A stretch of 64,000 bases of DNA from Mobula hypostoma (lineage: Eukaryota): the NCBI RefSeq assembly GCF_963921235.1, contig NC_086097.1, positions 201,750,001 to 201,814,000 of the forward strand, read 5' to 3'. The first letter of the stretch is position 1. Every line of letters begins with the position of its first letter. Both the position numbers and the translations under genes were made by a program. Shown piece by piece: positions 26,519-38,962 of the stretch. The notes beneath the pieces are model-generated. The model was not told the origin of the DNA and ran no database searches. It saw nothing but the letters and a program-made list of their open reading frames with translations.

Positions 26519-26524
26519 TTTATT
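26519..26524 (-). promoter_or_regulatory. Candidate polyadenylation signal AATAAA
   Basis: TTTATT on the plus strand near the end of the TE-free region. No transcript evidence. Confidence 0.4.
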
Positions 26525-27230
26525 GGTTCCAGCTTTCTATTGAGGTATATGCTGCAATAGAAGGAAAAATCCACAAATATTTGGATAATAGCAGTGACTG
26601 TTTTCTCACATTTATATTCACCTACAATACCAACCATTTTGACCTTGTTAAACAATATATCAACCAATCAATCACTCAAATTAACATTACAAAAAGCTTA
26701 GATGTCAGTGCTGTCCAATTACTATAGAACGAAGTGCACATAACGTAGTTCACAATCACAGTCAGGAGTTGTTAATAAATTGAAAAACATTAATTCACAT
26801 ATACTCAAAATGTTACCAATTCATTAAATACAATTATCAAAAGATAGATGGGAATCAGCATGAATGTACTGTAACAGTTTGTAAGGAATTCACAAGTGTA
26901 GAAACTATACAGGGAAACCCACTATACAGGGGAACCCACGATACCTCTTCACTAAGTGCACAGCAGAAGTACAAAATTTAAATTATATTCTAACATGAAA
27001 GAGAAAAAGCAATTTCCCCAAGAGGTACAGACAAAATAGTATTAAACAAATGAAATTAACATCAATTTATGTATAATTAATAAATTACAAAATAATTGAC
27101 AGAATATAAGTACACCCACAGTAATTGTGAGAGAACTGCATCCAGTCATTACAGGCTTTAGGGAACAACACAGAACTGCAGAGAACTGCACATCACATCA
27201 AAATAATGTCTCCTGGCTTCCTTTCATAGA

Positions 27231-27420
27231 ATTCTGTAAAATGGAACTGTACAAAGTTTTCACATTGTAACTCGCAAAATATACAACCTACAGCAAAATA
27301 CATCCCACAGTAAAAGGTGTCCCAAGACATCCTTGCAATAGATTCTCTAAAATGAAACTATACAAAGTTTTCAGATTGTAACTTGCAAAATATACAACCT
27401 ACAGTGAAATACATCCCACA
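27231..27420. repeat. ~79 bp direct repeat in the NOL4 3' UTR
   Basis: Copies at 27231-27309 and 27342-27420 (attct.taaaatg.aact.tacaaagttttca.attgtaact.gcaaaatatacaacctacag..aaatacatcccaca). Confidence 0.92.
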
Positions 27421-28112
27421 AGGTTTTTGTTTTATTTTTCAAATGAACTTTAGGTTTAAATCAATCTTAAAAAAAACAATTCAATTTTGCTTTCAATGCA
27501 TTTACACAGGCACCATACTAGTCATCAGGATTCAATTTTACCTGAACACTGGGGAGACAAAAGATGGTGTTTGACTGCAATAGAGGCATAAACCCAATCT
27601 GATATATAATATGGGTTTTGCAAACACCTCTCCCGTGCTCTTATCGCCATTAGACCTGCTGCCACCACTCCAGTCCTGAATCAAATTCCCATATGCTGCT
27701 CAGCACCTTCTGTAACCCGCTTCTTATCCACAGGTAAAAAGCCTCCTTAAATCCATCTCTGCAGTTCTCCAAAGTAAACATTTAGTAGCACCTTAAACTC
27801 ATATTGCACTTGGAAAGAAAGACGATATCGATGCTGCCATTTTTACTTAGTGGTCAGTCACTGAATATGATTAAACATATGTGGTCGTGTTCTGTTTGCT
27901 CCTTCAATTAGGAAACGTGAAGTAGAGCAGACCCAAATTTAACTCTGCAAATATAGTGGTTCCTCATTATGGACCAGAGGTGGTCCAATATGCTGTTTCA
28001 CATTCAGGGGCACGACGGTAGATGGCCTATATCTCCGGCCCTGTTTAGTAGTGGAGAAATGTCTTTCCCCAGAAATATAACACCGATAGGAGAGAGAACA
28101 ACTTTACTTATG

Positions 28113-28315
28113 TTAATTCTGTTGCAAAATCAGGTTTTCCAGTTCATCTGCAGAGCGGAGTAAAAAAGCTGCTGACTCTCGATATCCTGCTACAAGCTGT
28201 CGTACTGCAGTTATTTCAGTGGGACTTAGCTGAGCCGGTGGAGTTTTGGAATTGTTAATGTTGGAGGATCCGGAGTGTGATGCAAGTGACTTCTTCACAC
28301 TGAGATCCGCTGGCC
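28113..28315 (-). CDS. NOL4: NOL4-family terminal coding exon
   Basis: Acceptor tttttcttcaaag|GGCCAGCG (phase 1). Translates to (G)[66 protein letters not shown], the characteristic NOL4/NOL4L C-terminal motif. Confidence 0.95.
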
Positions 28316-28860
28316 CTTTGAAGAAAAATAAAACATTATTCCAGATCTGGATGCAGCTCTACATTTCTCCTTAATCCAAAGTAAATCTAATATTTTTACT
28401 TTCATATATTTAACGAGGTCTAGTCAAAAATAAAAATCCATGGGATCCAAGGGAAAGCATCAAATTAGATTCAAAACCTGTTCACTGGTAGGATACAAAG
28501 AGAAATAATGAAAAAAAAAGTGACTAGTGACTTGTGACTGGAGGACTTCTAGCAGTGGAATGAGACAGAACTCAATCCCTTGCTGATTGGTGGCATGTAT
28601 TAAAGTTTTAGGCCTAAATACAGGAGGTATTATAAAGAAAACTGCAAATTACAGATAACATGGTCATTAAGTTAGAATGCTTTAGGTTACAGGAAGTTCA
28701 AGATGGTTTGTTCATTTGGGGGGGAAATTGTAAAATGGTATCAAATCTGGGAAAATGTAACAAGGCCAGTAAACAATAAATGATAGAATATCAATTGGTG
28801 TGGGAGATTTTAGGAACCTTTGAGTGTAGAAATCCTTAAATGTTAGAGTTAGATCAATTA

Positions 28861-29160
28861 GAAACATAGAAAATAGGCGCAGGAGTAGGCCATTCGGCCC
28901 TTCGAGCCTGCACCGCCATTCAGTATGATCATGGCTGATCATCCAACTCAGAACCCTGTACCTGCCTTCTCTCCAAACCCCCTGATCCCTGTAGCCACAA
29001 GGGCCATATCTAACTGCCTCTTAAATATAGCCAATGAACTGGCCTCAACTGTTTCCCATGGCAGAGAATTCCACAGATTCACCACTCTCTGTGTGAAGAA
29101 GTTTTTCCTCATCTCGGTCCTAAAAGGCTTCCCCTTTATCCTCAAACTGTGACCCTTCGT
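28861..29160 (-). mobile_element. Young CR1 3' end nested in an older plus-strand CR1 relic (~28420-29750)
   Basis: ORF 28948..29145 (RIKGKPFRTEMRKNFFTQRVVNLWNSLP) and reverse tail gaaacatagaaaata. Confidence 0.9.
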
Positions 29161-29999
29161 TTCCTAATTAGATGCTTAAAAGATTTTCAGAAACCTTTCC
29201 TTTATCCATTAAGGCCACAAGCTGATTACTGTGTAAGGAAAGATACGTTGGCACTGGAGAGGATGCAGAGGGTGTTTGAGGATATTGACAAGACTAGAAA
29301 ATGTTAGCTGTGAGGCAAGAGTGAATAAAATAGGTTTGTTTTTGGAACAGAAGAGGATGAGGATATTGATATTGGTTCATTATTGTCACATATACCAAGA
29401 TACAGTGAAAAGCTTGTCTTGCACACTGTTTATAAAGATGAAATCTTTACACAGTGCATTGAGCTAGAAAGAGGTAAAACAATAACACTGCAGAATAAAG
29501 TATAAAAGCTACTGGAAAAGTGCAGTGTAGGTAAACAATAAAGTGCCTGGTCATAACAGGGGTAAATTAGCTGGATAAAATCATAAGGACCCAGATAACA
29601 AAACTGGCAGGACTTATTTTCTCTGGCAGAGGGTTCAAAAACCAAAGGGTATATATTTATAATGATTGCTATGTGGATTTTAAGGTAGAAGAGGAAGTTT
29701 TTTCAACTATGAGGGGATGGCAAGCATAGGGAATTTAACAGTTGGAAGAATTCTTGCTTTGAGGGAATCAACAGTTAGGACTAATTAGACCCTGGGAGCA
29801 TCAACATCAAGCTTGGTGGAGGTTACAGCAGCTGGATGGATGGATGGATGCTGCTCAAAACTGGGAGAACCTTCAACAAGGTAGATAGATGGACTTCTTG
29901 TGATGATTTGGGACAATGGGGAGGGCTGGGTGATCTATCTGGCTCAGAGGGACATACCTGTGAGGGGTACTGATGACTTGGGGATGAAGTAAGGGTTGT

Positions 30000-32900
30000 A
30001 AGTCGGACCGTGAGGCAGTGGGAATATTTAAAAGAGAGCAGATTAACGGAGCGGGAGACAGAGTAGGAAGGCTTTGGCTCCTGAGGCTTCAGCGAGCAGA
30101 GGCTGAGGAATAACTTCACTCCAAATGTGGTAAGGCCAGGTAAGTTCCTTTAATAAATCCAATTACCTTAGGAGTAGGTAATGGAGGCAGCAGTTAGGGC
30201 AGTTGAGTGCTCTGTTTGCAGGATGTGGGAAGTTAGGGCGAGCACAATCGTCCCTGATGACTACACCTGCGAAAGGTGCATCCAGTTAGGAAACTGGAGC
30301 TGGATCTGGATGAACTTCGGATCATTCCGGAAGCAGAGGCAGAAATAGAGAGGAGTTACAGGGAGATAGTCACCCCTAAGGGTTAGGAGACAGGTAGCTA
30401 GGTGACTGTCAGGAGAGGGAAGGGGAATAGACAGAATGAGCAGAGCACCCCTGTGGCCATTCCCACCAATAATAAGTACATTGTTTTGGATACTGTTGAT
30501 GGGGACGACCCACCTGGGACAAGTTGCAGTGGTTGCGTCCCTGGCACCGAGATGGAACCCTCAACTCAGAAGGGAAGGAGGGAAAAGAGGATAGCAGTAG
30601 TGATAGGGGATTCGATAGTTAGTGTGACGAGAATACACATAGATTAAGATGTTAGCTGTCCTGTGCTGGCACCAGTGGGATCAGCAGTTGGTCTGCCACC
30701 TGTCCTCAGGAGAAAGAGAGATAAGGAAAACAATGGAGCAGCATTTGGAGATGTTAATGAAGGGACGGGAGAGTTTAACGGAAGGAGAGCTATCAAGATC
30801 GGCTCCCCCTTTGAACCCTGAACTGTTTGAAGTGATGGACAGGCGATACCCCAGCAGGGGGATAAAAAGGGACAGGTTCGCTAAGGCAAGACACACACGA
30901 CACCCCGAGGTAACGAGACCCTGGAAGCGGTGCGTCTCCCACAAGTCGGTGGGAAGTTTTGGAGGGCTGGTTGTGGGATCAAGCCATACACGCACAGGGT
31001 GGAAAGGCACGATCGGCGGGAACCTGGTGTGTGTCCACCCTTGCCTGGGTGCCAGGTTCACCACAGAGAAACAATCGTATCTGGAAACAGGGGTCACGGT
31101 CGGTGACCTCAGAAGACATCACAGAGGGCTCGCCTGAAAGCTGACTGTGAAGAATATCGAAGGTCTGTGTGGAAGCCATTTGAATATTCATTTGTTTTGC
31201 TCTCTCTCTCCCTCCCCCCACTGTCCATCTCCCACGGCAGTGATTACAGTGAACTGAACTGAACTCAATTGAACTGAACTTTGCGTCACTTTGAAACTGG
31301 TCATTTACCCCTAGACGACGATAGAGCTTGATTGATCCTGTTATCCTAATTCTGTGTACATGTGTGTTTATCATTGCTGAACTGTTGCATTTATTATCCT
31401 TTTGATTAGAGTACTGTGTTGCTTGTTTCTTTAATAAAACTTACTTAGTTCTAGTAATCCAGACTCCAACTGAGTGATCCATTTCTGCTGGTTTGGCAAT
31501 CCAGTTACGGGGTACGTAACATTAGGAAGACAGATAAAAGGTTCTGTGGAAGAGATCGAGAATCCCGGATGGTCTGTTGCCTCCCTGGTGACAAGGTCCG
31601 CGATATCTCGGATCGAGTTCTCAGTATTTTCAAGAGGGAGGGTGAGCAGCCGGATGTCGTGGTCCATGTAGGGACCAATAACGTGGGTAGGAAGAGTGAG
31701 GAGGTCCTGAAAGGAGAGTTTAGGGAGATAGGAGCCAAGTTGAAGGACAGGACCTCCAGGATAGCAGTCTCAGGATTGCTACCAGTGCCACGTGCAGGCG
31801 AGTTTAGAAATAATAAGATAGTGCAGATCAACACGTGGCTGAAGATATGGTGCAGGAGGGAGGGCTTCAGATTTATAGGTAATTGGGCAGTTTTCCAGGG
31901 AAGGTGGGACCTGTTCCGGCGGGACAGTTTACATCTGAACTGGAGGGGGACAAATATTCTTGCAGGTAGATTTGCTAGAGAGGCTCCGGTGGATTTAAAC
32001 TAGATACAAGAGGGGAGGGGAACCAGAGTGTCGGAACAGATGTAGAAGAAGGAAGAAAAAAAATAGTAAAGTTGTTTGCACCGTTAGTGATAAACAAGAG
32101 AGCAAGAGGTGGAAAATTTCTTAAATGCATTTATTTTAATGCTTGGAGCATTATAAGAAAGGTGGAGGAGCTTAAAGCATGGATTGATACCCGGAAGTAT
32201 GATGTGGTAGCTATTAGTGAACCATGGTTACAGGAGGGGTGTGATTGGCAACTAAATATTCCTGGATTTCATTGCTTCAGGTGTGATAGAATGGGAGGGA
32301 CAAGAGGGGGAGGTGTAGCATTGCTTGTCAGAGAAAATATTACAGTGGTGCTCTGGCAGGATAGAGTAGAGGGCTCGTCTAGGGAAGCTATTTGGGTGGA
32401 ATTAAGGAATGGGAAAGGTGCAGTAACTCTTAGGGGGGTGTATTATAGACCACCAAATGGGGAGTGAGAATTGAAGGAGCAGATTTATAAGGAGATGGCA
32501 GATATTTGTAGTAAGCACAAGGTTGTGATTGTGGGAGATTTTAATTTTCCACACATAGACTGGGAAGCCCATACTGTAAAAGGGCTGGATGGTTTGGAGT
32601 TCGTAAAATGTGTGCAGGATCGTTTTTTGCAGCAATACATAGAGGCACCAACTAGAGAAGGGGCAGTGTTGGATCTCCTGTTAAGGAATGAGATGGGTCA
32701 GGTGATGGAGGTTTGTGTTGGGGAGCACTTCGGGTCCAGTGATCACAATGCCATTAGTTTCAATATAATTATAGAGAAGGATAGATCTGGACCCAGGGTT
32801 GAGATTTCTGATTGGAGAAAGGCTAAATTTGAGCAGATACGAAAGGATTTAGGAGTGGATTGGGACAATTCGTTTTATGGGAAGAATGTAATAAAGAAAT

Positions 32901-34970
32901 AGAGGTCATTTGAAGGTGAAATTTTGAGGGTACAGAATGTTTCTGTTCCTGTTAGGATGAAAGGAAAGGTTAAAAACTTGAGAGAGCCATGGTTTTCAAG
33001 GGATATTGGAAACTTGGTTCAGAAAAACAGAGATATCTACAATAAATATAGTCAGCATGGAGAATATGAGGTGCTCAAGGAATATAAAGAATGTAAAAAG
33101 AATCTTAAGAAAGAAATTAGAAAAGCTAAAAAAAAGATATGAGGTTGCTTTGGCAAGGAAGGTGAAAATAAATCCCAAGGGTTTCTTCCGTTATATTAAT
33201 AGCAAAAGGATAGTGAGGGATAAAATTGGTTCCTTATGAGAATCAGAGTGGACAGCTATGTGTGGACCCAAAAGAGATGGGGGAGATTCTGAAAAATTTC
33301 TTTTCTTCGGTATTCACGAAGGAGAAGGATATTGAATTGGGTAAGATAAGAGAAACAGGTAGGGAAGTTATGGAAACTATGATGATTAAAGAAGTAGTAC
33401 TGGAGCGTTTAAGGAATATAAAAGTGGACAAGTCTCTGGGTCCTGACAAGATATTCCCTAGGAACTTGAGGGAAGTTAGTGTGGAAATAGCAGGGGCTCT
33501 GATAGAAATATTTCAAATGTCATTAGAAACGGGCATGGTGCCGGAGGATTGGCGTATTGCTCATGTTGTTCCATTGTTTAAAAAGGGTTCTAAGAGTAAA
33601 CCTAGCAATTACCGGCCTGTGAGTTTGACGTCAGTGGTGGGTAAACTGATAGAAGGTATTCTTAGGGATGGTATATATAACTACCTGAATAGACAGGGAC
33701 TGATTAGGAACAACCAACATGGATTTGTGCATGGAAGGTCATGTTTGACAAATCTACTGAATTTTTTGAAGAGGTTACTAGGAAAGCGGTGCATGTTGTC
33801 TATATGGAATTCAGTAAGACCTTTGACAAGGTCCCACACAGAAGGTTGGCTAGGAAGGTTCAATCGTTAGGTATTAATATTGAAGTAGTAAAATGGATTC
33901 AGCAGTGGCTGGATGGGAGATGCCAGAGAGTGGTGGTGGATAACTGTTTGTCAAATTGGAGGTCAGTGACTAGTGGTGTACCTCAGCGATCTGTACTGGG
34001 TCCAATGTTATTTGTCATATACATTAATGATCTGGATGATGGGGTGGTAAATTGGATGAGTAAGTATGCAGATGATACTGAGATAGGTGGAGTTGTGGAT
34101 AATAAAGTAGGTTTTCAAAGCTTGCAGAGAGATTTAGGCCAGTTAGAAGAGTGGGCTGAAAGATGGCAGATGGAGTTTCATGCTGATAAATGTGAGGTGT
34201 TACATATTGGTAGGACTAATCAAAATAGGACATGCATGGTAAATGGTAGGGCATTGAAGAATGCAGTAGAACAGAGGGATCTAGGAATAATGGTGCATAG
34301 TTCCCTGAAGGTGGAATCTCCCGTGGATAGGTGAAGAAAGCTTTCGGTATGCTAGCCTTTATAAAACAGAACATTAAGTATAGGAGTTGGGATGTAATGT
34401 TGAAATTTTACAAGGCCAAATTTGGAGTATTGTGTGGAGTTTTGGTCACCGAATTATAGGAAAGATGTCAACAAAATAGAGAGAGTACAGAGAAGATTTA
34501 CTAGAATGTTGCCTAGGTTTCATCTCTTAAGTTACAGAGAAAGGTTGAACAAGTTGGGTCTTTATTCTTTGGAGCGTAGAAGGTTGAGTGGGGACTTGAT
34601 AAAGGTATTTAAAATTATGAGGGGGGATAGATAGAGTTGATGTGGATAGGCTTTTTCCATTGAGAGTGGGGGAGATTCAAACAAGATGACATGAGTTGAG
34701 AGTTAAAGGGCAAAGGTTTAGGGGTAACATGAGGGGGAACTTCTTTACTCAGAGAGTGGTAGCTATGTGGAACGAGCTTCCAGCAGAAGTGGTTGAGGCA
34801 GGTTTGATATTGTTTAAAGTTAAATTGGACAGCTATATGGACAGGAAAGGAATGGAGGGTTATGGGGTGAGTGCAGTTCGGTGGGACTAGGTGACAGTAA
34901 GAGTTCGACATGGACTAGAAGGGCCAAGATGGCCTGTTTCCATTCTGTAATTGTTATATGGTTATATGGT
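30000..34970 (+). mobile_element. Near full-length CR1 LINE (ORF1 zinc finger and SGNH esterase; ORF2 APE and RT), inactivated
   Basis: ORF1 from ATG 30181 (VECSVCRMW...YTCERC; GDSIV; VVHVGTNN; DSLHLN, stop 32003). ORF2 pieces 32072-34890 (YFNAWSI, GVYYRPP, GDFNFP, SDHN, NYRPVSLTS, KYADD) with stops and frameshifts. Tail gttatatggttatatggt. Confidence 0.95.
30623..31521 (+). mobile_element. 899 bp solo LTR (Gypsy- or ERV-type) inserted in CR1 ORF1
   Basis: TGTGACG...CGTAACA termini; 4 bp TSD TTAG (30619-30622 and 31522-31525); AATAAA at 31433-31438. Excision restores GDSIV-RKTDKRFCGRDRESRMVCCLPG. Confidence 0.92.
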
Positions 34971-35189
34971 ATATCAGAGGCTTAGTAGTGAGTTTGTGAT
35001 TGGGAGTCAATTTCAATTAAGCTTAGATCTGATTATAAATGACTTGGCTTCTATGGGACTGTCTACCAGCGTGGAGTTAATGAAATTTAGTTCTTCTGGG
35101 AATGGCTCTTAATATAAGAACAGATGAAAACACTAGGCCCCTCAAATCCAGCATTATTGAATATGACCGTGGCTGAGCAAATGTGATCT

Positions 35190-35495
35190 AGTAGTGTCTC
35201 AGTGATCACCGATTGGGATCTGACTCCTAATGCTGTCTGTAAGTTTGTACATTCTCCCCACGACTGCATGGTTTTCCTCTGGGTCTTCCAGTTTCCTCCA
35301 ACATTCCAAAGATGTACAGTTACGATTAGTAAATTGTGAGCCTGCTATACTGGTGCCAGAACTGTGTCAACATTTGCAAGCTGCCCCAGCATAATCCCTG
35401 GACTGCGCTGGTGGTCACTGACGCTAAAATAAAGCATTTCAATCTGTTTTGATGTTTCATCATGCATCTGACAAATAAGCTAATCTTTATCTTTA
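35190..35495 (+). mobile_element. V-domain SINE (HE1-like)
   Basis: Core gtttgtacattctccccacgactgcatggttttcctctgggtcttccagtttcctccaacattccaaaga. Confidence 0.72.
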
Positions 35496-35884
35496 TGATC
35501 CACTCTCATTTGACTTGTTCCAGGAGGAATAATATAGGCAAAATTCAACATAGAAGATCATAGTGGAGTGAAACCTGACTGGATGTGTTTGGTTGAGTTT
35601 CCAGTCCTGTGTACAGCATGACAAAAAGCATCCTAGCTACCATTTTGTCACTTTCCAATCCCCACTGGATATGATCTGAAAAAGACAGCATACTGTGATG
35701 CAACGTCCAAGTCAGTAAATTTATTCTGGCACCCTGGCCTCCACTGTTGAAATAACGTGCCGAAAATATTACATCTTTGTGCATCTAATCTGAAATGTGG
35801 CATTACAAATTCTTCCAAGCAATCTTTTGTGTATTTGCATTTGAAAGATGTACATTTCAGTAATGAACAAATATCTAATTGATA

Positions 35885-36710
35885 GCTAATGCAGGGGTGT
35901 TTGAGGCACTTTCTTTGGCCCAACCCATCCATACCAACTCTGTTGCCCAGTGAGATAGCCACAATTGCCCATAGCCCATTAAACCACTCCTATCAATGTA
36001 CTTAGCTAAATGGCTTTTAAATGTTACCACCTAAACCATCATTTCTGGCAGTTCATTCCAAATATGGACCACCCTTACATGAAGAAGCTGTCCCGATCTC
36101 CCTTTTAAGTCTCTCATCTTTGATCTTAAATCGATGCCATTTTGGACTTAGCATCCCCTCCTTGGGGGGAAAAAGACTGTCCTTTCACCCTACCTGTGTT
36201 CATTATCATCCTATATACCTCTCACCCTTCAAACTCCTACATTCCAGGGAATAGTGTCTGTCCTTGTAACCCAGGCCCCCAAAATCCTGCTAAATCTTTT
36301 CTGCATTCTTTCTAGTTTAATAGTATCTTTCCTCCAAGTGCAGCCTCTGCGAGGTGATAATAAATGCAACGTAAGTCCCCAGCTCCTACACACAATCCCC
36401 TGATTAGAGAAGTCTAGCATGCTCGACACCATCTTCACTGCCTTATACACATATGACATCGCTTTCAGTGAACTCTACCCCATAACACTCCCCAGGGACC
36501 TACCATTCGCAGCAGAAGTGCCACCCTAGTCTGATCTCCTAAAAAGTAATTCCTCCCATTTATCTGGATTGAAGGCCATTTTCCAACCATCGGCCCACAT
36601 ACATAGCTAATCAAGATTCCCCTGTAGTTTTCATGATCTTTTATACCATCCACAACACCACCTCTTTTAATATTATCCACAAACTTACTAACTACGCCTT
36701 GTATCCTTGC
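35885..36710 (-). mobile_element. Old CR1 fragment ending ~50 bp from the NOL4 exon donor
   Basis: ORFs 36229..36459 (KDTIKLERMQKRFSR) and 36465..36680. Confidence 0.8.
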
Positions 36711-36756
36711 TTTGGGTATTATTTATGATTGCTAAAAGATAAATAATAGTACCTAC

Positions 36757-36946
36757 CAGTGTTAGTACCATCACTTGACAAGGAAGGTGGATTTTGCTTC
36801 CCACTGCCCAGCCCTGTGTAACCATGATAATAGCCTGTATTTCCATTGATGTACATCAGTTCTTGAGAATAAGAAACTGTTGGAGCAGTGTAATTAACCT
36901 GGGAAGATTCTCTTGTCCACTGCTTCCCAACTGCAACAGGTTCATC
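36757..36946 (-). CDS. NOL4: NOL4-family penultimate coding exon, 190 nt, phase 0/1
   Basis: Acceptor cttttgcag|GATGAA and donor ACTG|gtaggt. Translates to DEPVAVGKQWTRESSQVNYTAPTVSYSQELMYINGNTGYYHGYTGLGSGKQNPPSLSSDGTNT(G), inside ORF 36719..37123. Phases join both neighbouring exons in frame. Confidence 0.88.
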
Positions 36947-37842
36947 CTGCAAAAGTGCAAGAATTATTTTTTTATTAAGATCTGAAGATGAAAGGAATAT
37001 TTGTATTAATAATGAAAATAGAAACAACAAAGCTATAGTTGTTTTCCTGTCAGTAAAAGATTTAAAGTTGCACACTGTTATGTTAGTGAATAAAATGTAC
37101 TTTTTTAAAAATAATGGCAACATTGTGCTTCAAATTTGCCTAGAAGTATTATAAACTTTTTGGTTGCAGAGTTCCTCTCAATCTGACACACATTTCTGCT
37201 TAGTGCCTATGTGATGTCCTTGAATCAGAATGGAAAATTACATTAAGTCATGCAGGGTCAAAATTAGGAAGCACAAAGCAGGAAATTTAAATTACATTTA
37301 AAACCCATAGAGCAATCAAAATAAATATTGGGAAATGTATATAAGAGACAAACAGAAAATTAGTTACTTTGTTCTTAAAGATCTTGAACCTGCATTTTGT
37401 GCTGGCAAGTCTCATAAAAATTATCTTTTATGCTTGGGATGTTCAACAATAATCATCTCAAATATATCAATATTAATTTTTTCATCTGATTTTACAATGT
37501 CCCTAGTGGGTACATATTGCAAATCCTTTTCATTCCAGTGATTTTAATCTATTTTCAATAACTGCAACATTGAAAGCTGTAGAAAAGGAGGTTGTATCAG
37601 ACTTTGATTTCCATGCTTAATAACAGATAGGTAATAATATCGGCAGGTGAAAGCTTCATTGTTTTACTATACGTCCTCTCAATTAATTTTCCTAAATTTC
37701 CAGATAATTATAGAGCAAAACATGTTTTATGCTTAATGAAAATTTTTTATACATGCCAACATAACAACTGATGCCAAGTGGATTATCTGATGCTTTGCAC
37801 TGTCAAGTGTTATTATTTTGAATGCTTGAAAATACTTAAATT

Positions 37843-38962
37843 TAAGACCAGAAGATATAAGAGCAGAAGTAGGCCATTTGACCCATTGAGCCTGCTCCGC
37901 CATTCAATCATGGACTGATCCATTTCTTCCAGTCATCTCCACTTCCCTGCTTTCACCCCATAACCTTTGATGCCCTGGCTAATCAAGAACCTATCTATCT
38001 CTGCCTTAAATACAATGACTTGGCCTCCACAGCCACTTGTGGCAACAAATTCCACAGATTTACCACCCTTTGACTAAAGTAGTTTCTCCGCATCTCAGTT
38101 CTAAAAGGACGTCCTTTAATCCTGAAGTCTTGCCCTCTTGTCCTAGAGTCCCCTACCATGGGAAATAACTTTGCCATATCTAATCTGTTCAGGCCTTTTA
38201 ACACTCAGAATGTTTCTATGAGATTCCCCCTCATTCTCCTGAACTCCAGGGAATACAGCCCAGGAGCTGCCAGATGTTTCTCTTACGGTAACCCTTTCAT
38301 TCCTGGAATCATTCTTGTGAATCTTCTCTGAACCCTCTCCAGTCTCAGTATATTCTTTCTAAAATGAGGAGCCCAAAACTGCACACAATACTCACAAGTG
38401 TGGTCTCACGAGTGCCTTATAGAGCCTCATCACATCCCTGCTCTTATATTGTATACCTCTAGAAATGAATGCCAACATTGCATTTGCCTTCTTCACAACC
38501 GACTCAACCTGGAGGTTAACCTTTACGGTATCTTGCACAAGGATCCCCAAGTCCCTTTTGTATCTCTGCATTTTGAATTCTCTCCCCATCTAAATAATAG
38601 TCTGCCTGTTTATTTCTTCCACCAAAGTGCATGACCATACACTTTCCAACATTTGTATTTCATTTGCCACTTCCTTGCCCATTCCCCTAAACTACCTAAG
38701 TCTCTGCAGGCTCTCTGTTTCCTCAACACTACCCCCTCCTCCACCTATCTTTGTATCATTGTCAAATTTAGCCACAAATCCATTAATACTGTAGTCCAAA
38801 TCATTGACGTACATTGTAAAAAGCAGTGGTCTCAAAACAGACTCCTGTGGACATCCACTGGTAACTGGCAGCCAGCCAGAATAGGATCTCTTTATTCCCA
38901 CTCTGTTTTCTGCAGACCAGCCAACGCTCCACCCATACTAGTAACTTCCCTGTAATTCCATG
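37843..38962 (-). mobile_element. CR1 LINE 3' fragment
   Basis: ORFs 37995..38204, 38392..38589 and 38692..38901 (VTSGCPQESVL...AKFDNDTKIGG). Confidence 0.92.

Larger units (their letters stand above)
26500..28112 (-). other. Putative 3' UTR of the NOL4-family gene
   Basis: TE-free, AU-rich stretch following the stop codon. The distal boundary is inferred from the candidate poly(A) signal only. Confidence 0.6.

Noticed and set aside
30649..31374. ORFs of 131-162 aa on both strands
   Set aside because: They lie inside the solo LTR and show no recognisable domain; likely chance ORFs.
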